This document shows positions 35,796 to 45,031 of a stretch of 45,031 bases of DNA, in pieces (the first letter of the stretch is position 1; each line of letters begins with the position of its first letter). A model generated the notes under the pieces. The model made no database searches. It saw only the letters and a program-made list of their open reading frames with translations, and was not told the DNA's origin. The stretch spans positions 1 through 45,031 of the forward strand of contig JANNHX010000021.1 of assembly GCA_031404615.1 (NCBI GenBank), written 5' to 3'. The position numbers and the translations under genes are program-made. The stretch is from Chloroflexota bacterium (GTDB taxonomy: Bacteria > Chloroflexota > Limnocylindria > Limnocylindrales > CSP1-4).

Positions 35796-36841
35796 CCGCG
35801 AGGGCGCCGACGCGCTCGATGAGCCGCCGCAGGAACTCGGCCGCGTCCGCCTCGGTGGCGACGTCAGCGTTCGGCGTCCGCCCCCAGAGCCCGCGCCAGT
35901 CCGCGATCGTCTGGCCGTCCGCGCGACCACCAGCCGTGTCCACGTCCACCGCCGCGGGCGCGGCGCGCACGAGCCCGGGGTCGAGCGCGCAGGCGAGCAC
36001 GAGGGGGTCGTGGATGAACGAGCCGTAGAAGCCGTCGTACCGCGCGTGGAACTCGAAGTAGAAGCGCAGCGAGTCCGCGATGTAGGCGACGATCGGGTTG
36101 TCCGCGGTGGCCCGGCGTGCGGGGTCGGGCGCCTGGTCCGGGTCCAGCGCAAGGTCGCCCGTGGCACCCGCGCGGGCCGCGAGCGCCGCCACGTCCGCGG
36201 GCAGGATCCGCGCCTGCTCCGTGACGTCCAGGCTCATTGCCAGCGCCCGGGGGATCGTCGGATCCGCGTCGATGGCCGCCTGCCAGGCGGCGAAGCAGAC
36301 CCTGGCTGACTCGGGGTCGCAGTGGACATTCCACTCGGCGGTCGGGGTCGTGTTGCCCGGCGTGCGGAACGCGCCGCCCATGAGGATCCACCGCTTCAGC
36401 AGCCGCGGGAGCTGGGGCTCCACCAGGACGGCGATCGCAAGGTTCGTGAGGGGGCCGAGGGTGACGAACGTGATCTCGCCCCGGCCGGCGGCGTGCCTCG
36501 TCGATGATCAGCTGCGGGCCGAAACGCGTTGAGACCTGGCGTGCGGGCTCGGGGACGTCTGCGTAGCCCGTGCCGAGGGGGCCGTGGGTCTCGGGCGTGA
36601 TCTCCAGGGGCCGGAGCAGCGGGACGCGACGGCCGATGGCCACCTCGACGTCGCCGCGGCCGGCGAGCTCGAGGACGGCCAGGGTGTTGCGGGCCACGTC
36701 CGCGGCCTCGGCATTGCCCGAGAGGCACGTCACCGCGACGAGCTCCGCCTCCGGGCTCGCGGCGGCGTAGAGGAGGGCCAGCGAGTCGTCGATCCCCGTG
36801 TCGACGTCGAGGATGAGGGGGATGCGGCCGGTGGTCTGCAC
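35773..36841 (-). pseudogene. Inosine/uridine-preferring nucleoside hydrolase with a frameshift
   Basis: N-terminal part: IPLILDVDTGIDDSLALLYA (DxDxxxDD motif) ...QLIIDEARR. The sequence continues in another frame as GEITFVTLGPLTNLAIAVLVEPQLPRLLKRWILMGGAF...EWNVHCDPESA. The switch lies at a 4-nt G/C run (plus-strand C run 36479-36482); one extra base restores nothing, one fewer restores the frame. Confidence 0.8.
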
Positions 36842-36853
36842 CTGTCGATGTCC

Positions 36854-37720
36854 TCAGGTCGCCTTCGGGTTCACGGCCCGGCAGCGGTCCCGGAGCGGGC
36901 ACAGGTCGTGCTTGGGGTTCTGCGCGTGGCAGATCGCCCGGCCGTGGTGGATGAGCAGGACGTGGGCCGCGTACATGTCGTCCGGCTCCAGAATGCCGAG
37001 GAACAGGTCGTGTGCCTGGTCCGCGGTCGCCTTCTCCGGGATGAGCCCGATGCGCTTGCTGACCCGCTCCACGTGCCGGTCCACCGCCATGACCGGCATC
37101 CCGAAGCAGAAGGCGAGCACGATGGAGGCCGTCTTCCTGCCGATCCCGTCGATCGCGGTCAGCCAGTCCCGGGCCTCGAGCGCCGGCATCTCGCCGAGGA
37201 ACCCGAGGCCGTAGTCCCCGCGCTGCTCGCGGATGTGGCGGAGCGTCGCCTGGAGGCGCGGCGCCTTCTGCGGGGCGAGGCCCCCGGGCCGGATCACATC
37301 GATGAGCTGGGGGAGTGGCGCGTTCTCCACCGCAACCCAGTCCGGAGGCGGGGCGACGGACAGGCCCTCCCCGCCCCACCCGATGCCGTGCTTGTGCTCC
37401 TCGGGCGCCCTGTCAGACGGGTACGCGACGCGCAGCGCCTCGTACGCCTTCTCGGCGTTCACGTCCGCGGTGTTCTGGGTGAGGATCGTGAGGATGAGCT
37501 CGCTCGTGGGGTCCAGGCGGGACTCCCAGACCTGCGGCCCATACGTGACGGTCAGCCCGCCCAGCACGTAGCCCTGGAGGCCGGGCCGGTAGCGGCGCAG
37601 GTAGCTCGCCCAGCGCCTGGCCGGGTCCGCGGCCTTGCGGGCGCGCTTGACGGGCGTCTTCGCGGCGGGCTTCTTCGCCTTGGCGGCCGCGGGCTCCCTC
37701 GCGCTCGCGGTGGCGGGCAT
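36854..37720 (-). CDS. nth: Endonuclease III-like HhH-GPD base-excision glycosylase with a Lys/Ala-rich N-terminal tail
   Basis: HhH: LTAIDGIGRKTASIVLAF. Catalytic Asp block: MAVDRHVERV. C-terminal Fe-S loop: CHAQNPKHDLCPLRDRC. N-terminus: MPATASAREPAAAKAKKPAAKTPVKRARKAA. Confidence 0.8.
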   Translation of the reverse strand: MPATASAREPAAAKAKKPAAKTPVKRARKAADPARRWASYLRRYRPGLQGYVLGGLTVTYGPQVWESRLDPTSELILTILTQNTADVNAEKAYEALRVAYPSDRAPEEHKHGIGWGGEGLSVAPPPDWVAVENAPLPQLIDVIRPGGLAPQKAPRLQATLRHIREQRGDYGLGFLGEMPALEARDWLTAIDGIGRKTASIVLAFCFGMPVMAVDRHVERVSKRIGLIPEKATADQAHDLFLGILEPDDMYAAHVLLIHHGRAICHAQNPKHDLCPLRDRCRAVNPKAT

Positions 37721-37728
37721 GGCGGGGC

Positions 37729-39511
<1,783 letters not shown>

Positions 39512-39515
39512 CCTC

Positions 39516-41456
39516 TCAGTCGCCCTGCTCGCCGCCGTCGCCGGAGTCGTCGTCGGCCGCGGCCGCACGCCGCTTCTCCAGGTACTCGGGGATGCGGATC
39601 ATCGGCGGGCGCTCGTGGTCGGCGATCTCGAGGACCTCCAGCGAGAGCCGCCCACGGCCCGACCGCGGCAGCTTCATCGTCGACCCCAGCTCGGCGAACA
39701 GCCGCGCCCGGCGCCGCTCCTCGAGCCGCTTCATCACGGCCTGGAGGATGACGAACGACATCCGCGAGAGCCCCTCGAGCTCCTGGTTGCGATGCACGCG
39801 CCGCTCGAGGTCCACCTGCCCGAGGCCGCCCAACCCGGCCTTCTCGGCCGCGTCGACGAGGTGCCCGATCTCCACCGCGTAGCCCGTGAAGAAGGGGATC
39901 TGCTCCAGGAGCGTGCGCCGCCCGGCGTACTCGCCCGAGAGCGGCTGGATGAACCCGGACAGCTCGGGGAAGAACAGGTTGATGAGCGGCCGCGCGACGA
40001 GCTCCGTGACGCGCCCGCCGCCGCCTTCCTTGAGCACGCCGCCCTCGACGATCGGGCGCTGGTAGTAGCCCTTCACGTACTGCAGGCGCGGCTCCACCAG
40101 CAGCGGCCCAAGGGTCCCGTAGACCATCCGGTGGTGCCAGTTGCGGACGTCCGTGTCCGCCCAGACCACGATGTCGCCGGACGTCTCGTACAGCGACTTC
40201 CAGAGCGCCTCGCCCTTGCCGGCAAACGAGCCGTAGCGCGCGAGCACGTCGGGGTGCTGGATCACGCGCGCGCCCTCGGCCTCGGCGATCTCGCGGGTGT
40301 CGTCCGTGGAAGCGGAATCGATGACGAGGATCTCGTCGAGGATCGGGTAGCGCTCCTGCATCTCGTGGACGGCGCGCCGGACGATGGGGCCGATGGTCTC
40401 AGACTCGTTGAGCGTCGGGAGCACGAGGCTGACCGTCAGGTTCTGCTTCTGCTTGAGCGCGGCGAGGCGCCCGAGGTCCGAGAACTCGCTGTGGTGGAAG
40501 TTCGCCTCCGCGAACCAGCGCTCCACCTTGGCCGGGATCGCGCGCGACTCCTCGGCGGCGCGATCCGCGGCGACCAGCGTCTCGGCCTTCTGGGCGAGCT
40601 GCTCGAAGGTCTGGCGGCCGATGGGCTCGCGCGTCTTGACGACGATGACCGTGGGCTTGGCGCGCTGGGCGATGGCCTCGGGCAGCGACCCGAACAGGGA
40701 GCCGCCGTTGTCGCCGGGCGGGGCGGAGGCGCCCATGACCACGAGGTCCGCGCGCTCGGCCTCGCGCAGGATCGCGGTGCGCACGTTCGCGGTCTCGCGC
40801 AGGAGCGGCTCGGAACGCGCGGTCACGAACTGGCGTGCGAACGAGGCGAGGGCGCGTTCGGCCTGGGCGCGGACCGCCTCGGTGACGCCGGCCGGCACGA
40901 GATGCATGACGACGACGGTGGCGTCGTGGCGGTGGGCGAGGGCATCGGCGAGGCGGAGCGCCAGCTCCGCGTGGGGGCCGCCGCGGACCGGGACCAGGAT
41001 CCGGCGGATGTCCCGAGCGCCGCGCTGCTTGACCACCGCGATGTCGCACGGCGCCTCGCGCACGACCTCGTCGATGGTCGGGCTGATGACCGAGGCGTTG
41101 GGATCCCGGTGCGGGCCGGACTTGCCGCCCCAGCCGAAGATCATGAGGTCCGCCTCCTGCTCGGCGGCGGCCTCCACGATGCCGGCGGCCGCGTGGCGCC
41201 CGATGCGCACGAGCGGGTGGATGACGGTCCCCTCGGGGACGTAGTCCAGGACCTTCTGGAGCAGCCGCCGGGCCTGGCGGGCGCGGGTCGCCCCCTCGGA
41301 GAGCGGCATGCCTTCCGGCACCTCGACGATGCCCAGGGCGGTGAGCTCGCCGGTGCGCTCCTCCATGAGCGCTGCGCCGATCCGGATCAGCTCCTCGGCG
41401 GTGAGCGGGTTCGCGACCGGGATGAGGACGTGGCTGGGCAGCGGCTGGGTGCTCAT
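39516..41456 (-). CDS. gpgS: Tandem USP domains fused to glucosyl-3-phosphoglycerate synthase (GT81, GpgS-like)
   Basis: The N-terminal roughly 290 aa have two USP-like halves (ADLMIFGWGG..., ADLVVMGAS...). The C-terminal part has VSLVLPTLNESETIG, DEILVIDSASTDDT, GKGEALWKS, GDIVVWADTD, GGGRVTELVARPL, QPLSGEYA, GYAVEIGHLVD and HRNQ, all hallmark GpgS motifs. The ATG overlaps the upstream TGA (ATGA). Confidence 0.85.
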   Translation of the reverse strand: MSTQPLPSHVLIPVANPLTAEELIRIGAALMEERTGELTALGIVEVPEGMPLSEGATRARQARRLLQKVLDYVPEGTVIHPLVRIGRHAAAGIVEAAAEQEADLMIFGWGGKSGPHRDPNASVISPTIDEVVREAPCDIAVVKQRGARDIRRILVPVRGGPHAELALRLADALAHRHDATVVVMHLVPAGVTEAVRAQAERALASFARQFVTARSEPLLRETANVRTAILREAERADLVVMGASAPPGDNGGSLFGSLPEAIAQRAKPTVIVVKTREPIGRQTFEQLAQKAETLVAADRAAEESRAIPAKVERWFAEANFHHSEFSDLGRLAALKQKQNLTVSLVLPTLNESETIGPIVRRAVHEMQERYPILDEILVIDSASTDDTREIAEAEGARVIQHPDVLARYGSFAGKGEALWKSLYETSGDIVVWADTDVRNWHHRMVYGTLGPLLVEPRLQYVKGYYQRPIVEGGVLKEGGGGRVTELVARPLINLFFPELSGFIQPLSGEYAGRRTLLEQIPFFTGYAVEIGHLVDAAEKAGLGGLGQVDLERRVHRNQELEGLSRMSFVILQAVMKRLEERRRARLFAELGSTMKLPRSGRGRLSLEVLEIADHERPPMIRIPEYLEKRRAAAADDDSGDGGEQGD

Positions 41457-42859
41457 CGGCCGCCCCTCGGGTCGGCGGCGGCTGCCTCCTCGGCGTCCAG
41501 CGCGTTCCAGCGGTCGGTGAGGTACGGCTTGAGCAGCTCGAACTGGCGGGCCTGGCGCTCCACGCGTTCCTCCGCGTCGGCCGTCGTCACGTTGCGGTTC
41601 TCGATCACGAAGCTGCCTACGCGCCCGAAGTAGACCGGCACCAGCGCCGCGACCATGGCGCCGGCCTCCAGCTCGCCGCGGCGGACCGCGAGCACCAGGT
41701 CGTAGATGGCGCGCGCCCAGAGGTCGTCCGGGAAGTGGAAGGCGGACAGGGCCTCGGCCATCTCGAGCGTCCCGACGCGCGGGGCATCCTCGCCGCCCAG
41801 GCCCAGCTTGCGCGACGCACTGTCCGAGAGCTTGCCGGCCTCTGCGGCGAGCGCCAGGACCGTCTCCAGGTTTGCCTTGTCGAACATTCTTCCCCACGTG
41901 TCCGCGAGGGTCAGGGAGCCGGCGTGGAACTCCGAGAGGAGGCGGATCGCATTCACCTCGAGCGGCGGCGGGTCGATGATCCGCTCGAAGCCGTAGGCCG
42001 GGACATCGTGCGAGCCGCGGACGTTGAGCCACGAATCGGGGTGCGCCGCCGCGAGCCGCAGGATGGTGCCCACGACCTGGCGGAACATGGGCCCGAGATC
42101 CGAGCCGGGATCCTTGGGATCGTGGACCTTCGCGCCGAGGCGGGTCTGGCAGACCGCGAAGCCGCCGGTGAGGGCGGACGTCGTCATCCAGATGTCGATG
42201 CCGAACTTGGAGATGTCCTCCGTCCAGTCGTCGAGCTCGAGATAGTGTCGGACGAGGTCGCCGCTGACGCCGAAGTCGCCGCCGATTGGCTGGCGGATCC
42301 GGTGGCCGTACAGCGCGCGGGTCAGCGGGTAGGTGACGGTGTTGGTGATCGTCCCGTCGTACTTGTAGCGGGCGTACAGCGGGGCTGTGAAGTCGTAGCC
42401 GCCCTTGAGGATGGGGCCGGCCAGGAGCTCGATCCACTCGGGGACGATGCTCCGCAGGTCGCTGTCGACGACGACCAGCGCCTGGACGTCGAGGGCCGCC
42501 GCGATCTCGAAGATCGTGCGCAGGGCCGCGCCCTTGCCGCCGACACCGTCGATCTCGGGGTAGGTGAGCGTGACCCGGTCGAGCTTGTTGGTGGGCCGGA
42601 CGAGGAGGATCTCCTCCACGTAGTCGGGCGGCTCGGTCTCGATGACGACGCGCTGGGTGCCGTCGGGCGAGCCGGCATCGCTGTTGACGAGGACGGGCTT
42701 GAGGTCCGGGAAGTACTGGACCAGCCCGGCATGCGCCGCACGCACCACGTAGCCGATGGTGGCGGCGTTCTTGAAGCTCGGGATGCCGACCATGATGTCG
42801 GCGCGGCCGAGGCGGGCGATCTCTTCCCGAATCGCGGGCGTCAGGGTCGTCGCGGGCAT
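41453..42859 (-). CDS. GT-A glycosyltransferase related to mannosylglycerate/glucosylglycerate synthases (GT78-like)
   Basis: MVGIPSFKNAATIGYVV, NSDAGSPDGT, GGKGAALRTIF, VVVDSDLRSIVPEWI, RQPIGGDFGVSGDLV, KFGIDIWMT parallel the GKGD...DADI...QPLGGE...DWGID blocks of Rhodothermus-type mannosylglycerate synthase (from memory). Substrate not established. Confidence 0.55.
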   Translation of the reverse strand: MPATTLTPAIREEIARLGRADIMVGIPSFKNAATIGYVVRAAHAGLVQYFPDLKPVLVNSDAGSPDGTQRVVIETEPPDYVEEILLVRPTNKLDRVTLTYPEIDGVGGKGAALRTIFEIAAALDVQALVVVDSDLRSIVPEWIELLAGPILKGGYDFTAPLYARYKYDGTITNTVTYPLTRALYGHRIRQPIGGDFGVSGDLVRHYLELDDWTEDISKFGIDIWMTTSALTGGFAVCQTRLGAKVHDPKDPGSDLGPMFRQVVGTILRLAAAHPDSWLNVRGSHDVPAYGFERIIDPPPLEVNAIRLLSEFHAGSLTLADTWGRMFDKANLETVLALAAEAGKLSDSASRKLGLGGEDAPRVGTLEMAEALSAFHFPDDLWARAIYDLVLAVRRGELEAGAMVAALVPVYFGRVGSFVIENRNVTTADAEERVERQARQFELLKPYLTDRWNALDAEEAAAADPRGGR

Positions 42860-42918
42860 GGCCTGACCCTACCACCCCGAGCGACGCACCGGGATGCGGG
42901 GCGCATGCCGGGGGACCC

Positions 42919-43668
42919 TCAGCGGGGTGCGACGGGTGACTTCGCGGGGCCGTGCGGGCCATCCGGCGGCCGCGTCACGGCGCACTCCGGGTTCTCTCGC
43001 CCGGGGAGGTAGCGCGAGTTCGCGGCGCGGTAGTGGAGCTCGCGGAACCCGAGCGTGCCCCACGTCACGAGCGTGAGGATCGCGGACGGCTTCACGATCG
43101 GCGTGACGCGGACGAGGTACGACGCATCCAGCACGCCGTCGAGCAGGCGCTTGCGCTCCAGGAGCGGCACGTCGTCGAGCGGCGTACCGTCCAGCCAGAG
43201 CAGGTCCGTGGCGACGAACACATGGCGCTCGCCGCGGGCGAGCTTCGCGAGGACCGGGCCGGCGATGGCGTCCTCGCGTGCCTCGTGATCGCGGGCGCGC
43301 ACGAACGGGTCGTCCTGGACGCTCCTGCGCGCGACCCTGGGGACGAGGATCGGCGGACGCTCCACGCCGGGCATCGGGGGGAGGATCCCTTCGCCGCTCT
43401 CGAGCGCCTTCGTGGTCAGGGTGCCCTCGACCAGGGCGTCCAGCCCGTCGAACGCGTCCACCATCGCCGGCGGCAGCTCGGCGGGGACGGCGATCGCCTC
43501 GCCTTCGTGGATGAAGACGGCGGCATCGACGCTCAGCGCGCAGAGGACGCGCAGCCCGTTCCAGTCCGGCTCCACGAGGGCGTCGGTGATCGTCTTGAGC
43601 GGTTCGCGCCCGGGGCGCTGGGGCCGCCACGCGGCGGCGAGATCGAGCAGCGCAGGATCGACGGCCAT
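42919..43668 (-). CDS. ATP-dependent DNA-ligase-like nucleotidyltransferase-domain protein lacking the catalytic lysine
   Basis: Ligase-like blocks: VEPDWNGLRV (where EPKWDGxR is expected), ALVEGTL (LDGELV), HVFVATDLLWLDGTPLDDVPLLERKRLL (motif IIIa region), LGFRELHYRAANSRYLPGR (EGxxxK...Y.PGR). Confidence 0.55.
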   Translation of the reverse strand: MAVDPALLDLAAAWRPQRPGREPLKTITDALVEPDWNGLRVLCALSVDAAVFIHEGEAIAVPAELPPAMVDAFDGLDALVEGTLTTKALESGEGILPPMPGVERPPILVPRVARRSVQDDPFVRARDHEAREDAIAGPVLAKLARGERHVFVATDLLWLDGTPLDDVPLLERKRLLDGVLDASYLVRVTPIVKPSAILTLVTWGTLGFRELHYRAANSRYLPGRENPECAVTRPPDGPHGPAKSPVAPR

Positions 43669-43737
43669 CGCCGGATCGTACCGCGCGTGAGCGCCGCGGG
43701 TTCACGGCGCGCGTGCGGTCGCCATGCTCCGGGCCGT

Positions 43738-43767
43738 GGGGTGCCGGGCCGGGGGGTGCCGGGCCGG
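43738..43767. repeat. 15-bp tandem repeat x2
   Basis: ggggtgccgggccgg x2 in the divergent intergenic region. Confidence 0.85.
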
Positions 43768-43924
43768 GGACTCCCTGTCATACCCGCACGGGCCCGAGGG
43801 CCCGACCTATGACTGCTGGTCATCGCCTGGGCCCGAAACCGGCGCCTGGAGGTCCCATGCTGTGCCCCGCAGTCATCGCTCGGCGTCGCGATCCGCTGTA
43901 GCGATGACTGGCAGTCCCACTGCA

Positions 43925-44018
43925 GGGCTCGGGATCAGGTCAGGGGGCTCGGGATCAGGTCAGGGGATCGGGATCAGGTCAGGGGATCGGGATCACGCAG
44001 GGATCGGGATCATGCAGG
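43925..44018. repeat. Degenerating tandem array (about 5 units of 17-20 bp), very rich in GATC
   Basis: Units: gggctcgggatcaggtcagg x2, ggatcgggatcaggtcagg, ggatcgggatcacgcagg, gatcgggatcatgcagg. Eight GATC tetramers in about 95 bp. Confidence 0.85.
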
Positions 44019-44175
44019 GCCTCGAGACCAGGGCACGGGCTGCGGCGCCCGCTGTCCCTTGACACCCGGCCCCGTCCCGCGGCTCGCTCCGGGCCTGCCG
44101 CGCCTCGCGCCGACGCCTATGATCCCCGCGTCGGGAGGGACGACTCCAGCAGCCGAACGAGGGTCACACGCCGTC

Positions 44176-45031
44176 ATGCAGGCGACCGTCACGCCCACCG
44201 CCGCACCCGTACCGGACGCGCGGAACCAGCGCAGGTTGGCGCAGGGCTCCTGGACCCTGTATGACTTCGCGAACACGATCTTCTCGTACGCGATCGTGTC
44301 GACGGCCATCGGCCTGTGGCTGACCGCCGACGACCGCTTTGGCCAGGGGCTGGGGCAGCTCGTCCAGGGAATCGCGATCGCGGTGAGCGTCGGGCTCAAC
44401 GCCTTGGTCTCGCCGATCCTTGGCGCGATGAGCGACCGGGCCGGCCGTCGGCTCCCGTTCCTGCTCTTCTTCACGGTCCTGACGATCGTCCCCTCGGCCA
44501 TCATCGGCCCGAGCCCGGCGGTCCTCGGCGCGATCCTGTTCACGATCGCCAACTTCGGCTACCAGGCCGCGCTCATCTACTACGACGCCACCCTCACGAT
44601 GGTCAGCCGCCCTGAGACGCGGGGGCAAGCTGTCGGGGCTCGGCGTCGGGATCGGGTATTGCGGCACGATCTTCGCTGCCCTCACGCTGATCCTCCTCGG
44701 GATCACCGAATCCCCGGACCCGATCTTCCTCGTCGCCGGCATCCTGTTCGCCGTCTTCGCGATCCCGATCTTCCTCGTCGTCCGCGACCGCCCGGACACC
44801 GCGACCGCACCCGCCGAGAAGATGAGCGCGATGCGCCAGCTGACCCAGGTCAGGGAGACCATCGCCCACGCGCGGACGGTGCCGGGCCTGGGGGCGCTTC
44901 CTCGTCAGCCGGTTCTTCTACAGCGACGCGGTGAACACGCTGATCGTCGTCATGAGCGTCGTCGCCGTGAAGGCCGTGGGCCTCACGCAGGGCCAGTGGC
45001 TGATGACCTCGGTGCTGCTGACGGTCGTGGC
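44176..45031 (+). pseudogene. MFS transporter of the UMF1/Atg22-like type; frame broken twice; partial at the window end
   Basis: SWTLYDFANTIFSYAIVS..., SPILGAMSDRAGRR. The protein continues sensibly only after +1 shifts at GGGGG 44621-44625 (...ETRG|KLSGLGVGIGYCGTIFAAL...) and at GGGGG 44890-44894 (...VPGLG|RFLVSRFFYSDAVNTLIVV...). Confidence 0.75.

Noticed and set aside
39516-42962. A single 1148-aa ORF in the track.
   Set aside because: The N-terminal 500 codons are junk in this frame. The real organisation is two genes: 41453..42859 in another frame, and 39516..41456 starting at an ATG that overlaps the upstream TGA.
43925-44018. The GATC cluster as a replication origin.
   Set aside because: No DnaA-box-like repeats, no AT-rich unwinding element, and no dnaA/dnaN/gidA-type neighbours.
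43724-44062. 112-aa plus-strand ORF through the tandem array (GIRSGGSGSGQGIGIRSG...).
   Set aside because: Its repetitive translation merely mirrors the DNA repeats. It has no plausible RBS or start context and lies in a divergent promoter region.

Overview
Very GC-rich bacterial chromosomal DNA (about 70% by eye, not computed). GTG starts are frequent, many adjacent genes overlap by 4 nt (ATGA/GTGA), and the gene content looks Actinomycetota-like; that taxonomic placement is an inference. Most of the window is housekeeping or accessory metabolism. Genes called: lysine 2,3-aminomutase, a DmpA-family peptidase, pabB-pabC, a GT28 glycolipid synthase, OsmC/DUF302/DUF59, PduO-type adenosyltransferase, a BI-1 membrane protein, a 1336-aa GAF/GGDEF/EAL signalling protein, a LiaF-like/PspC pair, phosphoketolase plus acetate kinase, a tandem USP, vapBC, an Nth-like glycosylase, glycerate kinase, and a USP-fused glucosyl-3-phosphoglycerate synthase with a second GT-A glycosyltransferase. 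The most unusual locus is a tightly coupled operon at 25.7-31.0 kb: Rrf2 regulator, sufC, sufS, sufU, a rhodanese-N-terminal ThiF/MoeB E1-like enzyme, a 14-codon ORF resembling the N-terminus of a CysO/MoaD/ThiS sulfur carrier, a JAMM peptidase, and a small membrane protein. It contains no sufB or sufD. Other points of interest: a ligase-like protein lacking the motif I lysine, an Nth-like protein with a Cys-to-His substitution in the Fe-S loop, and imperfect repeat arrays in two intergenic regions (17.05-17.28 kb and 43.7-44.0 kb). There are also many short in-frame tandem duplications. At least four reading-frame breaks lie at or near short G/C runs, which could be sequencing errors or genuine pseudogenes. 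No tRNA, rRNA, CRISPR array or transposase was recognised. The many long alternative-frame and antisense ORFs in the track are treated as GC-content artefacts.
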